Positions 12,901-26,229 of a DNA stretch of 64,000 nucleotides are shown one piece after another. The notes beneath the pieces were generated by a model that was not told the origin of the DNA, did no database searches, and was given only the letters and a program-made list of their open reading frames with translations. The DNA lies in assembly GCA_030704615.1 (NCBI GenBank), contig CM060734.1, forward strand, positions 25,544,001 through 25,608,000. Reading direction: 5' to 3'. The position numbers and the translations under genes are program-made. Source of the stretch: Takakia lepidozioides. Lineage: Eukaryota > Plantae > Bryophyta. Every line of letters begins with the position of its first letter. Within the stretch, counting starts at the first letter, position 1.

Positions 12901-13908
12901 GTTCGATTGTCCAATGAGGCGTTCACTTGTCATCTGGTTTTTGTTCAATGCGAAAAAGAAATCCTGCAATGCGCGCACGGCTATTGCATCCATTGAACGG
13001 ATGTGGTTGAAACCCCTCTTTTGCCCGCATGTGCTTGAACATGTGCGGAGACACAACAGACGAATAAATCATTTGCCTCCCCATCGACGCGCTCCCTCCT
13101 CAAGCCATTCCACAATTTAATTGAATTTAAATTTATTTTAAGCCAATAAATAGGTTTGTACTGCCTTTCATTGGGGGTTTCTGACACGTATCGATTTTGT
13201 TTTTGGCTCAATTTTTGTTCTGCGGCTTCCAACATCCCAACGCTACTCCCCTGCCAAAATTTGGACCAATCAAAAATGCCCCGAAAAAACAAAATGTTCT
13301 TTTCGCTCACTATTGCAAAACTCTTTATGAAGAGTGCATGAAGTGGAACACAAATCAAGTTTGGAGTGCAAAATAGGGAACAAACTGTGGTTTTGGGTCC
13401 AAATGAATTTTGATCGCTCCCAAATTTGGCACGCACGTTGCATATGGCTACATTACACACCCCATCAAAAAATGGAATGAAAAACAAATCGTCAGCACGC
13501 GAAACACAGTCCAACAAGTCCCAAAGCAATAGCAGATCCAACGAAATACATTCAATGGGTGAACGGATGGTTGCCCATCCAAATCATTTTTGTTTGCTTC
13601 CAAACTTTGCCAGCACGTTTGAGACACCCTCTCTCAGGTCCCGGACTAATATGAGATCAATCAAAATTCATTCGATGGCTCAACGGATGGTTGGCCATCG
13701 AAATGATTTTGGTTCACTTTGAGACTTGGGCAGTATGTTCAATGTGCCATGTAAGAGGCCCCAGAATAATATGAGTTCAATCGAAATTCGTTCAATGGCC
13801 CAACGGATGGTTGCCCATCCAAATGATTTTCGTTCGCTTTGAAACTTGGCTAGTGTGTTCCATGTACCATCTAATACGTCCCAGTGTAATACGAGATCAA
13901 TCGAAATT
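9913..13908. repeat. Tandem array of four ~1.0 kb units, each with ~3.3 copies of a 120-bp subrepeat
   Basis: Units start with TGAGGCGTT at 9913, 10914, 11913 and 12915; subrepeats at ~10525, 10645, 10765 and 10885. Confidence 0.95.
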
Positions 13909-14347
13909 ATTTTGTGCTTTGATAACTTTTTGGGTATGTTCGTAGAAAGATCATAGATTTTGCGAATCGATTATGGAATACGTAGGGATCAGGCGAAATT
14001 TGTTTGGAAGACGACCGTTCGTAACTCGTTATAACTTATTGGTTAACATCAATTTTCCTTCTTCTCCAGCTTTCGGAGTTCATTGCAAATACCCACATAT
14101 ACGTCATGACAAAATATGACACCATTGTAAATTTGTTTACAGGGTGAACTACTTCTTCCCCATCACACGAGTGTAAATGTGAAGAAAACGTTGCTCATGC
14201 AATTGAAATTGGCAGGTGCCGCATATGTATTAACAAAATTGGTGATATACAAACTTGGCGGAATGCCATCACTGTGTTTTCCAACAATATTCAAGGTACA
14301 ACAAAAATGCATATTGTATATGTACTATGCCGTCAGTCATTAAAAGC

Positions 14348-14775
14348 CTAGTCGTCACTGTCCGAGGACAAAGAATTTGATGTTGTGGCCTGATTTGCAC
14401 TGCCAATTGCCAGAGCTTGCGATCGTGATCTCGTGGTCAATGAGGGGCCCAATGACATGTGATCAATTCTGGCCTGCATCCGCCTACTTCGCGGTGAAAG
14501 TTGATTTTCTTCTTCTTTCTCATGACGTGGCGGAGGTGGATCGAGAACAAGTGCTCGGGCTGCATGCAAATCGGCAACGAGGCCGTCCACATCCGGCAAT
14601 ACAGCCCCCGAAACACGATGATAACGGTCTGTCCATAGTCGCCTCCATTTCTCTACAACTGCCTTGATGGTACTTTTGAAACTCGCATCATTCATTCGGC
14701 GTTGACATATTATAGCATCTTCCAGTTCGGACAGCAACAAATGTCTCCCAATCGGTTGTCGGTCATACTCCCTTG
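14348..14775 (-). pseudogene. Orphan C-terminal coding fragment, probably transposon-derived
   Basis: Open, protein-like frame (GRHLLLSELEDAII...SDSDD*) abutting the hairpin array; family not recognised. Confidence 0.35.
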
Positions 14776-14776
14776 G

Positions 14777-16500
14777 CTTATATCCCCCCCCCTCCCGCCT
14801 TCTCATTCCTCGGGCCACGTGCAGGGCGAATCTTCTAGAAGCGACCGCCAACTTGGCGGTCGCTCCATTTTCCGAAAATAAAATAAATAAGCGACCGCCA
14901 ACACAGGCGGTCGCTTCATTTTCAAAAAAATTAAAATACAAGTGACCGCCAGTAATGGCGGTCGCTTGATTTTCAAAACAATTAAAATAAAAGCGACCGC
15001 CAGTTATGGCGGTCGCTCCATTTCCAACAAAATTTTAATAAAAGCGACCGCCAGTAGTGGCGGTCGCTGGATTTACAAAAAACAAAACAATTGCGGCGAC
15101 CGCCCGTAATGGCGATCGCTCGATTTTCCTCCAAAATATAGAGAAGCGACCGCCTGTAATGGCGGTCGCTTCATTTTCCAAAACATTTAAATAAAAGCGA
15201 CCGTCAGTAATGGCGGTCGCTTCATTTTCATTTTCAAAATAATTAAAATAAAAGCGACCGCCACAAAAGGTGGTCGCCAAATTTAAAAAAAAACGACCGC
15301 CACTAATGGCGGTCGCTGCAATTACAAAAAACAACAATACCGGCGACCGCCCCTAATGGCGGTCGCTCCATTTTCCTCCAAGAAACAAAAAAGCGACCGC
15401 CAGTAGTGGCGGTGTAATGGCGGTCGCTTCATTTCAAAAATAATTAAAATAAAAGCGACCGCCAGTAATGGCGGTCGCCCCATTTCCAAAAATAAAAAAA
15501 TAAAAGCGACCGCCGGTAATGGTGGTCGCTGCATTTAAAAAAATAACCATTACAGCGACCGCCAGAAATGGCGGTCGCTGCATTTTGTAAAAACTAAAAC
15601 TGCCAGTAATGGAAGTGAGGGGAGAATGACTGGGGGCTTATATCCCCCCCCCCCCCCCCGCCTCATTCCTCGCTCCACGCGTAGGGCAGACCTCGTAGAA
15701 GCGACCGCCACCATGGCCGTCGCTCCATTTAAAAACAAAATAAATCGACCGCTACAAATGGCGGTCGCTCCATTTCGCCAAAAAAAAGAAAAAAAACCAT
15801 TTAAAAAAAGAACAATTACAGCGACCCCCAGTAATGGCGGTCGCTGCATTTATAAAAACAAAAAAAAACTTCAAGCGACCGGAAGTGAGAGGAGAATGAG
15901 TCGGAGCTTATATGTCCCCCTCCCCCCGCCTCACTCCTCGCTCCATGCGCAGGGCACACTTCGTAGAAACGGCCACCACCTTGGCGGTCGCTCTATTTTC
16001 ATTTTCAAAACAATTAAAATAAAAGCGACTGCCATAAATGGCGGTCGCTCAATTTCCAACCAAATTTAAATAAAAGCGACCGCCACTAATAGCGGTTGCT
16101 GCAATTACAAAAAACAACAATACCGGCGACCGCCCCTAATGGCGGTCGCTCCATTTTCCTCCAAAAAAAAAAAAAAACGACCGCTAGTAACGGCGGTCGC
16201 TTCATTTCCAAAATAATTAAAATAAAAGCGACCGCCATGTATATCCCTCCCCTCCCCCCTCATTCCTCGCTCCACGCGGACGACAGACATCGTAGAAGCG
16301 ACCGCCACCTTCGCGGTCGCTCCATTTTTAAAAAATGGCGGTCGCTGCATTTTTAAAAATAACCATTACAGCAACCGCCAGAAATGGCGGTCGGGGAGAA
16401 TGACTGGGAGCTTATATCCCCCCCCCCCCTTCTCATTCCTCGCTCCACACGCAGAGCAGACCTCATAGAAGCGACCGCCAGCTTGGTGGTCGCTCCATTT
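14777..16500. repeat. Array of ~30 palindromic GCGACCGCC-N-GGCGGTCGC units with A-rich spacers
   Basis: Consensus AGCGACCGCCAGTAATGGCGGTCGCT at ~45-55 bp spacing, interspersed with five CTTATATCCCCC...CATTCCTCGCTCCAC modules. Confidence 0.93.
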
Positions 16501-17433
16501 AAATAAAAATGAATGCACAGTTGGAAGCGTGGCACAATTGTTCTTCATTCCAGAAGGTGAAATTGTAGTGGCAGGTTGTCATCATCCGAGGCTTCAACTT
16601 TTGCCCGGTCCAATGCAGCAGAATGATGCGTGCGTGTGAAAAACAGATCAACCCTGTTGCTCCTTAATGCCCGCTGTGTTGATGGGGAGCTGGATCGGTT
16701 TTGGCATTGTGGTGGAGCTGGTCGTATCGGTGAGGCATGATCTCGTCCCGTCGACTGTACAATGGGTTCGACACCATCGTTTGTATGAACAGGGACGTCG
16801 ATCGGTCCTGGCAGTACATCACCCCTAAGCTCTATTGGGGCACTACCGGTGGCTTCACCGTGTAGTAGGGGGCGAGGGTCGACCCCAACTTCATTTTGAG
16901 GACCATGTTCTGGGATGACACAATTGCAGCTTCACCTTCATCTGTGCTACACACTTCTTCAAGAAGGTCATCAAAGGTCGGCTGGATATAAGCATCATCC
17001 TCTGTGAATGTAAACGGGTCATACGCATTTTCGGGAGCATCATCGGATCCATCTTCACTATCGGAGGCAGATGATTCCCTCTGAGATGATTCTCTCTGAG
17101 GCTCAGTATCGTCACTCATCGAATCAGCCTCAGAAGCAGAGTCTTCGGAATGTAAATTCTTCTCATACCATGCTGCAGCATCATCCGCTGCCCTCTCATG
17201 TAGCAGTCGGCAATTGATATACACATACACCAATTTGTCAGCCCTCGCGGGATTCAACCTGTTACAAATCTTGTTGTGAACAAATGAGTAACTGCTCCAA
17301 TTGCGTTCGCAAGATGAGGCAGAGCACACTTGAGCAAGAATACACTTCGCAATGGGAGCCAATGTTCTTGCTCCAACTCCAATCAGATCCCACCATTCAT
17401 GTGGCAACATATTGAGCTCTTTTGGATCCGGCA

Positions 17434-18158
17434 TGTCGCGCACCTAACTTCGGTAAGCTCCCCTTCAAGTCATAGTTACTCGCTTTGATGCGCGCGCCTA
17501 ACTCCCAACCTGGCCGCCGGGCCAACTCGGAGCTTCGGCTGCTCACCGGGACATAACGGTCCCCCTTTACTCTTCCAAAAGACCCTCCACCAATTTGGGC
17601 CTAGTGGAAATTCCCTTTGGTAGATGGCAGTCCGGAATAGCTCCATACTCCTTGGTCGCTTTCCGGCTCGCTCGCTTATTCACTAGTTTTTGGTCACCAA
17701 CGGGCTTGCACCGTTCTCGGGGTTACTACTCCTTATATATACTTCTGTGACTGTCCGTGGGGGTTCCACAAACAACACCATCCTTTTATGGCGAACCACC
17801 ACGAAGACCCTCGATTCCCGGTGATGAGTCGCGGTGAGTCTTGGCCCACCCACCACGGCCCCATTGGACCGTGATGAGTCCCAAGACTCCCCACGACTCC
17901 CACCACAACATCTCCGCCCCATGGTGAGTCCTATGCCACCCCCACTAAGTCCCACTAAGCTACCACCACCCCTTGTGGAGCCACCCCCACCGCAACCCGA
18001 TGTGCGGGGCTCCACCTAGTGAGCGCCTCTGCCTCCTTGAGTGCCTTGGGCACTCAAGGGTGTTTCAGCCCCCCGTACCTATTGCTGCCACCGCCCCCAC
18101 CACAGGGGCAGCCCCTCTGCGTCCCGACCCCCTGCCCTCAAGGCAAAGGGCCGCGACA
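17434..18158 (-). repeat. 3' LTR of the chromovirus
   Basis: About 20 substitutions versus the 5' LTR by eye (~97% identical); purine tract GGTAGGGGTGTG just inside. Confidence 0.96.
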
Positions 18159-19063
18159 CACACCCCTACCAACTGGGAGTCGATGTCCTCATCGACTTGT
18201 CCATTTTGTAGAAACTAACATCCAAGTTGTGGCGTCCCAAATCAAGGAGTTTGTTTCCGCACCATGGACGCCATGGCAAAGAACCAAACCCCACACTTGA
18301 CTCTACTCTCCACTAGCTAGTTCGGCCGACTTCCTCCAAGTTCCGGCCAAGGGTGGAGCCTCTCAAGCTCCTCCCAGTGCACTCTTCTTGGCGTACTTCA
18401 AGGCCAAGGAACGATCCTCCCCGAGGATCGAATCGCCTTACTGGAACAACATTGCTTGCAACCGTTCATGATGCCGCTTTTGTCATCACTTTGAGCAAGG
18501 GTTCACCTTGAACCCCTTTGTGACTAGGAAGATAACCTTGAACCAACCGTGCGCCCCAATCACTACAATTGGGTCCGCCTTGGAATGCTGGCCTGAGGTA
18601 CGGGAACACGCCGAAGCCGCACTACGACTTCGTCCCGAGGCTACACGATTATAGTACGTGAACGGAAGCACATAGCTTCCGCGTTAGCCCGCACTACAAG
18701 GCAACCCCCTCGGTAGCGCAGTTATAGTACGCGCACGAGCCAGGTGCGCACTAGCACGTGAACTCCCAAAGAAGGCACAAGTTTCCTTGCCCCTTGGATG
18801 GGAGTTATCCGATTTTGGCACTGCGCAAACACACGATTAATCCAATTTACCTCTCCTACCTTTATAAGCTAGCATGCATTCTACACACTAGCCAACCATA
18901 CCATGCATCACCATTCCAAACAAAATAGGACACACAACATTTGGAAACCATTTCATTTATAACAAAATTTGTACAACACAAGTTTTTGCAATCGGATTCC
19001 TGAGCTACCTAAGCCGGGCTAAGCATGCATTTCCTCCCCTACGATCCAAGGTTGATGTCCCCA

Positions 19064-20945
19064 TCAGCGCTTCTTCCGCTTTTGAGGTCGCCCTTCGAAA
19101 GCTGCAACCGCCTTAGATGCGTTTCCCATTTCTGAGGCACGCACCCAAGATGCCTCCGCATGATGATAGCCCTTCCATTTCACGAGATACTCCGTTTCTC
19201 GATTCTTGAACCTCCACTGCCTCCACCTCGTACTCAGGTTCATTTTCATGATCCAACAGCACAGGTGGCGGACGCAACACTTGATGCCGATTCGGACGCG
19301 CTTCATCTTTGAAGTAAGGCTTCAAAAGGGAGACGTAAAATACCGGATGCACCTTGCTGTTTGCCGGCAGCTCCAATTCATACACATCCTCATTTATAAC
19401 CTTTCGGATGCAAAATGGTCTCGCATACGGAGGTATGAACTTCGGACTCACTTCCGGAGGTAGTCGGAAATTCTTGATGTTCAACCAGACCTCTGTGCCT
19501 GCCTCAAACTTAACTTCCTTCCGCTTCCGATTCGCCTGCCGTTCATATCGTTTCCTAGCTTTGGCAATGTTGTACTTGACGAGCTTCAACAAACGCTCGC
19601 GTTCTTCTAGCACCGCTGCTGCTGCCGGTTCCTCAACGTCTTGGGCGGCCCAACTTGTCGGCACCAGAGGTGCTTTTCCATAGACCAATACGAAAGGGGA
19701 AACTCCCGTTGCGGAGTGTTTTGTGTTATTATAACAGAACTCTGCCGCATCCAAGTGCTCCACCCAGTCCGATTGGTCTGCCGACATGTAATTCTGCAAG
19801 ATCTGTTTCACTTTGGAATTCACCCTTTCCGTTTGGCCGTCCGTCGTAGGTCGGAAGGAGGTGCTCATCTTGAGCCTCGTCCCCATCTTCTTCCAAAGTG
19901 CCCTCCAAAATTTACTCGTAAACTTTGGATCGCGATCCGAGACAATATCCTTCGGGAGTCCATGATGCTTGAAGACGTGGGCGAAGTAAAGTCGCCCCGT
20001 CTCTTGCGCCGTTGCCGTCTCCTTGGTGGGGATGAAATGGCCCATTTTACTGAACCTATCCACCACCACCATGATCGCATCGAATCCTTTTGACAGCGGT
20101 ATAGCAGTCATGAAATCTATCGAAACACTTTCCCAAGACCCCTCTGGAATCAGCAAGGGTTGTAACAGCCCCGCTTGCTTTTTGTACTCGCTCCGGTTTT
20201 GTTGGCATGTGGTGCATGTCTTGACATACTCCTCGACCTCCTCCCTTAGTTTGGGCCAGAAATACTCTTTCTTCAAGAGTGCCGCGGTGCGCTTGGCTCC
20301 GCCGTGGCCCGCAAGCGGGCCATCATGGCATTCTCTCAAGAGACTATCTCTGATCCCTCCCTTTGACACGTAGAGACGCTTTTGCTTATACTGGAGCAGT
20401 CCATTTTGCAAGTGGAATTGCGATTTAACCCCCATCCTCAAGTCCCGCATCACGGACTTCGCCATCTCATCCTTCCGGTAAGCCTTCCGGATCTTCCTTT
20501 GGAGTGCCGTCTCGCCCTTGTACACCATTATGAGCTGTTGCTTTCTGCTTAAAGCATCAGCCACCACATTGTCCCGTCCCGGGTTGTACTGGATATCCAC
20601 GTCGAACAGTGCCAAAGTGTCTTGCCACCTAATTTGTTTTGGGGACAACTTAGGCTGCGTGGCAAAATACTTCACCGTGACATTGTCCGTGAACACCTTC
20701 ACCGGGTTGGAACCAATATAGTGGCGCCAAAGCTCAAGGCAATGCACCACCGCCTTCATTTCTTTCTTGTGCGTAGGCCACCGTCGCTCCACTTCATTCA
20801 GTTTCTTACTTTCGTAAGCCACTGGACGTCCATCCTGCATGAGTACACCCCCTATTGTGAAGTTCGACGCATCTGTATGAATCTCAAATGGATGGTTGAA
20901 CTCCGGGATTTTGAGGACTGGAGCTTCCGCCATCCACTGCTTCAA
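19064..20945 (-). pseudogene. RNase H, integrase and chromodomain of chromovirus pol
   Basis: HTDAS, H..PLAGH...CTTC, SIDF, SDRD, DGQTE, EYLVKWKGY; an 11-bp deletion near 19215 (versus the copy at 43430) frameshifts the chromodomain. Confidence 0.95.
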
Positions 20946-20975
20946 CTCGACAAAAGCTTGGCCACAAAAGGTGTT

Positions 20976-21794
20976 TCATACCCAGACTTTGGATTTACAC
21001 AGAAGGTCTGACAGCGGCCCCGTGATCTTGGCGAAATTTCTCACATACTTCCGGTAATAGGAGGCGAGTCCCAGGAAGGATCGCACTCCTGGGACCAAAG
21101 TTGGAGGCTCCCAGTCCAAGATCGCCCTCACCTTTCTGTCATCCATTTTGATCCCATCCTGTGTAATCACATGCCCCAGGAACTCCACTTTTGTGACCCC
21201 GAATTCGCACTTTGAAGCTTTGGCATACAGCTTCCCTTCCCGCAATTTCTGGAACACCCTTTTGAGGTGCTCCAGGTGCTCCTCCTTTGTTTTCGAGTAC
21301 ACCAAGATGTCGTCAATGTACACGATCACAAAGTCATCCAACCACTTCTGAAAAAGGCTGTTCATCAGCGTGCTAAAGGTCGCGGATGTGTTGGTGAGCC
21401 CAAAAGGCATCACCGAGAACTCATATGAACCATACCTTGTCCTGCACGCGGTCTTCTTCTCATCTCCTTCCGCCACTCGGATCTGATGATATCCGGAGCG
21501 CAAATCGATCCGGCTGAAATACTTCGCTCCTGCCAACCGATCGAAGAGGTCGTCGATCCTTGCCAAAGGGTACCGGTTCTTGATAGTCACCTTATTCAGA
21601 GCCCTGTAATCAACACACATCCGCAGCGTCCCATCCTTCTTATCTGCGAATAGCACCGGGGCTCTGTAAGGTGACTTACTCGGCCGGATGTACCCCTTTG
21701 ACATTAGATCCTTGAGCTGAGCCTTCAGCTCGACCAACTCTCTGTGGCTCAACCGGTAGGGCGCCTTGGCAGGAGGCTCCGATCCCGGTATCAC
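20976..21794 (-). pseudogene. Reverse transcriptase of chromovirus pol
   Basis: [18 protein letters not shown] and YIDDIL motifs; bounded by premature stops. Confidence 0.96.
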
Positions 21795-21827
21795 CTCAAT
21801 CTTGTGGTCAACTCCTCTTCACGATGG

Positions 21828-23611
21828 CTAGCCGCTTGGTAAATCCTTCGGCATCACATCCTGATATTTCTCCAAAATCCCCTTGATCCAATCTGGGCTC
21901 GGCTCCCTATCGTCTCCTCCCTTCACTTGTCTTACGTAAAGCAAATACAGGGGCTCGTGTGGCTCCTCCACGGCCCACTCCTTTGCTGACAACAGGTGTA
22001 TTCGCCCTCCCACTGGGTTGGGCGTTTCTGACACTCTTAAAACTTCGCCACCATTCCCACACGGTAGCGTGACTATCCTCTTGCGGCCATCTATGACCGC
22101 TCCGGCTTTGCTCAAAAAAGTCATCCCCAAAATGAGATCCACTCCATCGATCTCGCAAATGGTGAATTTCTCGCGTCCCTCCCAACTCCCGAGCTGAAGA
22201 GGAACATCGAACGCCAACCTCGTCGCCAATTGTGGTTCTCCTTTGGCAGAACGCACTTCAATGGAGGCCCCCACATCACTTGTCGGGAGCCCCAGCTTCC
22301 GTGCCATTGCCGGTGTCATGAAGGAGTGCGACACTCCTGTGTCCACCAACAACGACACATTAGTTCCGGAGATTATCCCACTCACAAACATTAACTGACT
22401 CTTACGCAAGGCGCCAGTTTCCCGATACAACTCACAAGAGTAGTTGCCTAGCTTGCAAGTCTTGGTGACCACCGCCTCTATCAAACGGAAAATGGAATCT
22501 TCGGACAGCTCTGTGGCCGCCCGAGTCATGTTCAATTGTCGGGGTTTTGTGCACTTCTTGGCCATGTGCCCGGGCTCCCTGCAATTAAAGCACACTTCAT
22601 CAAAGGTCGCCTTTTGTTCGCCATAAGCCGTCGCACCTGATTTTCCTTTCGGAACACCGGGTATCGCCTTGGCGTGTGAAGGCCCTCCCTTTGATTTCCA
22701 TATGCCATTGTCGTCGCGTGGCCTATCCCACTTCTTTTCTGGTCGGAAGGAGTCACCCTCCCGCCGAGTCTTCTTGTGGTTCAGCTCCGTGCGGCCTTGT
22801 CTTTCGCCCTAGGGACATCCGAGAAACATTCAGCCCTTTCAATTGCCTCGTTCAAAGTCTTAGGTGGCTTCTCCTTCAACTTCCGCCTGGCCCATGGGGC
22901 CAGTCCCGCCACAAAGTTGAAGACCATTTCTGGTTCTGCCATGTCCGTGACTTTGAGCAACAGCACATTGAAAGCCTGAATATATCCCCGAATGTCATCC
23001 GTTTGCTTCAAATTCCTCATCTTGTCCCGGGCGAGCCAGGACGCATTGAGGGGCACAAACTGTCTCTTCATAAGTTCCTTGAACCCACCCCAGCTCAAGG
23101 TTTCTGTGTTTGGACCTTGGTCGTGAAGGCGTTTCTGCCACCATTGTTGAGCATAGCCCCTCAAATAGGTGGGAGCCACTTCCACCCGATCCTCGTCACT
23201 CAACTTGGCCGCCCGGAAGTACTGCTCTAGCTCCAAGAGCCAGGTGTTGAGTGCCTTCCGATTTTGGATGCCCTCGAAGGTGCCGGGTTCCTTAGGCTTC
23301 ACCTTAAACTTTGTCTTAGTGGAAGTGGCATTAGCTGCCTTCAACACGTCTTTCAACGTCCCGCCAAACTGCGCCAACAACCCTTCCCAAAAGGCTGCTG
23401 GCATGGGAGGCATCTGTTGGTCTGTCGGAGCTCTCAGGAATTCCTCAGGCTCCGACTCCTCAGATTCCTCCTGTTCTTGAGCGGCCTCGCTTCCAAAAGT
23501 ATGCATCGCTTCCTCAAATGGCCGCTTTGGTGACACGTCATCCCCATCGGGCTCACCAAGATCATTATCTTTCGGGCCGTTCCGCTTTCGTTTTGGCTTG
23601 CCCGACCCCAT
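21828..23611 (-). pseudogene. gag (capsid, CCHC knuckle) and aspartic protease
   Basis: EPGTFEG...AQQWW; CFNCREPGHMAKKC; LVDTGVSHSF; premature stop at 22781. Confidence 0.92.
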
Positions 23612-23652
23612 GATGAGGCCGATCCCAAGGACGATCGCGTACTGAACTCTAA

Positions 23653-23664
23653 GCTCTGATACCA
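23653..23664 (-). promoter_or_regulatory. PBS for initiator tRNA-Met
   Basis: TGGTATCAGAGC, 2 nt inside the 5' LTR. Confidence 0.95.
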
Positions 23665-23666
23665 AG

Positions 23667-24391
23667 TGTCGCGCACCTAACTTCGGTAAGCTCCCCTTCA
23701 AGTCATAGTTACTCGCTTTGATGCGCGCGCCTAATTCCCAACTCGGCCGCCGGGCCAACTCAGAGCTTCGGCTGCTCACCGGGACATAACGGTCCCCCTT
23801 TACTCTTCAAAAAGACCCTCCACCAATTTGGGCCTAGTGGAAATTCCCTTTGGTAGATGGCAGTCCAGAATAGCTCCCCACTCCTTGGTTGCTTTCCGGC
23901 TCGCTCGCTTACTCACTAGCTTTTGGTCACCAACGGGCTTGCACCATTCTCGGGGTTACTACTCCTTATATATACTTCTGTGACTGTCCGCGGGGGTTCC
24001 ACAAACAACACCATCCTTTTATGGCGAACCACCACGAAGACCCTCGATTCCCGGTGATGAGTCGCGGTGAGTCTTGGCCTACCCACCACGGCCCCATTGG
24101 ACCGTGATGAGTCCCAAGACTCCCCACGACTCCCACCACAACGTCTCCGCCCCATGGTGAGTCCTATGCCACCCCCACTAAGTCCCACTAAGCTACCACC
24201 ACCCCTTGTGGAGCCACCCCCACCGCAACCCGGTGTGCGGGGCTCCACTTAGTGAGCGCCTCCGCCTCCTTGAGTGCCTTGGGCACTCAAGGGTGTTTCA
24301 GCCCCCCGTACCTATTGCTGCCACGGCCCCCACCACAGGGGCAGCCCCTCTGCGTCCCGACCCTCTGCCCTCAAGGCAAAGGGCCGCGACA
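23667..24391 (-). repeat. 5' LTR of the chromovirus
   Basis: TG..CA ends, adjacent to the PBS, followed by the TSD. Confidence 0.96.
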
Positions 24392-26229
24392 CGGCATGAC
24401 CTCAGAAGGGTCTCGGCGATCTGAGAAGCATTGGTACTCGGATATAGCTCTCTCTGCATGATTCGGCGGAGCCAGTCGCATGAGCACTCGCACGAGGCCG
24501 GCCTTGGCATCAGCGTCGTCTCGGAGCATGGTATTGTCAAGCAAGAATGGATTGAGCAAAGCCCCCGCATAATGTAAGTCCGTTCGAACCATCGAACGAC
24601 AGTCGTAAAATGCATCCTCAGCACTGTCCACAAGTTCAGGTTCCAAGGAGAAGGGAGGATGCCTCAAGGATTGGACGTGCTTTTCAAGATTTTGTATTAG
24701 TAACCATGCCTTGCCCATTACTGGTTGCTTTCTATCAAACTCCCGCAAGACGATTAACACCGGCTCTACCATATAAACAAAGTTTTCACATTTCTTCCAG
24801 AAATCATCGCTGCGAATGCTATTTTGAACTTTTCGACTTTTGCCCAATGACTTGGCTTTTCTGGAGTCCCGCAATGTCGGTGTGTACGCATCCCATTGAG
24901 GATTGATGATGGTGTGCTCCAGACTGTTCTTCACCGTCACCAACCGATCCACCATCAAGAAGTTAGTGACAAAATGAGTTTCGCCTGGATTGCGGAGGCT
25001 GTATTTGGGTTCGTGCCTCCTATATATTGCCAAAGGGATGTGGTGTGTGCGGATGAACGACACAATAGTCTTCGCTCGCTTGACAAGTTGTTTCACCCAT
25101 TGTTCTTTTCCCCAATCTTCCAAAAGGAGGTCAAGGATATGAGCAGCACAACCTTGATAGTACATATGGGGATAACGTGCCAACAATATGTCTGCAATGT
25201 TTATCATGTTAGCGACATTGTCTGTGCATATTTGCATGATTCTATCACTTCCGATCTGTTCGATGAAGTCCGTCAATAGTTGGTATTGAGAACGTTCATC
25301 TTTCTTCTCGCCGCTAGTGTCGACCGATCCCAAAAATTGTTCCCCAGCTGGACATACGAGCATGACATTGAACAACGATATGTTTGTAATAGAACTCCAA
25401 CCATCGGCATATATAGTGCTTTCATATTTTCTGATGCACTCGCCCGTCCTATCGTTGACCTTTTGGGTAAGCTCGGTCATGGCGTCTTCTAGCAATCCTG
25501 TGCGGAGATTGTGATAAGTCAGAGGCACGTACGTGGATCTGGACTCCGAGGTTGCTCTAACGGCAGAAACAAATGCCGGAAGCCTTGTCACATTAAATGG
25601 TATGTTGGCCTCGAAGAAAAACTGCGCCCATTTTTTATCCAACTGTCTTTTCGCAGACAAATTAAGACCTTCCTGCATGGATTGCTGCCGTAATCCTCTA
25701 CTTCGTTGAAGTGGTAGGGGTACAAAGAGGTGTTGAAGCAGATGTTGCTCCGGCACAACCCACTTGTCCAAGGACACCCGAAGCCGCACAATAGTCGCCC
25801 TGGGTACTAATCGGGGCATCCTGACGGGAAGATGGAGTGTTCTGCTGAGAGGTCATGTCCAGATCCAAAGACATTGGAATATTGCCTCCACACTGGGCAA
25901 AGTGGCTTTTTACCTGCATAGATGCTTTAGGGCATAAACCCACCCGAGCGCTCTTCACACCTTTATAGCCGAGGTGAGCGAACAACCGATCCTTACGATA
26001 AGAAAGCTTTAATCCACATAGGTTGCACTCAACACTACCAGTGGCACTGACAGTGTTCGGGATTGCCGTATACCAAGGGCTCCATTCCTCCCTCATCTTC
26101 CCCCTGGGACCTAGCTATGCAAGCAACAAAAAACAGTCACCTATAAATGAACGTGTTGTGAATGTAGAGTGCAATGCGATAGCCCAACACTTCTACATCT
26201 GTCAGCAACCCAAGTGGGTCGATGTGGGT

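Larger units (their letters stand above)
17434..24391 (-). mobile_element. Full-length, disabled Ty3/gypsy chromovirus (Galadriel-like)
   Basis: 725-bp TG..CA LTRs at 17434-18158 and 23667-24391, 5-bp TSD CGGCA, iMet PBS, PPT, gag-PR-RT-RH-INT-chromodomain order. Lineage inferred from RT ([17 protein letters not shown]) and RH motifs. Confidence 0.97.
16832..26096 (-). pseudogene. hAT transposase (BED finger, DUF659-type core, dimerisation domain) interrupted by an LTR retrotransposon
   Basis: ECNLC...RLFAHL (25698-26096); DGWS, CTDN, GCAAHILDLLLED (24392-25819); HEWW...CSASSCERNWS (16832-17433). The frame rejoins across TSD CGGCA (EVMPDPKE). Confidence 0.93.

Noticed and set aside
9785-13722. 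Many recurring ORFs in the 1-kb array
   Set aside because: Frames break differently in each unit, so they are by-products of the repeat.
14840-16500. CRISPR array
   Set aside because: The repeats are palindromic and regularly spaced, but the spacers are A-rich and similar to each other, there are no cas genes, and the context is eukaryotic.
17683-18300. Pro/Gly-rich ORFs (also at 23916-24461 and 41222-42516)
   Set aside because: They lie inside GC-rich LTRs and recur only because the LTR is repeated.
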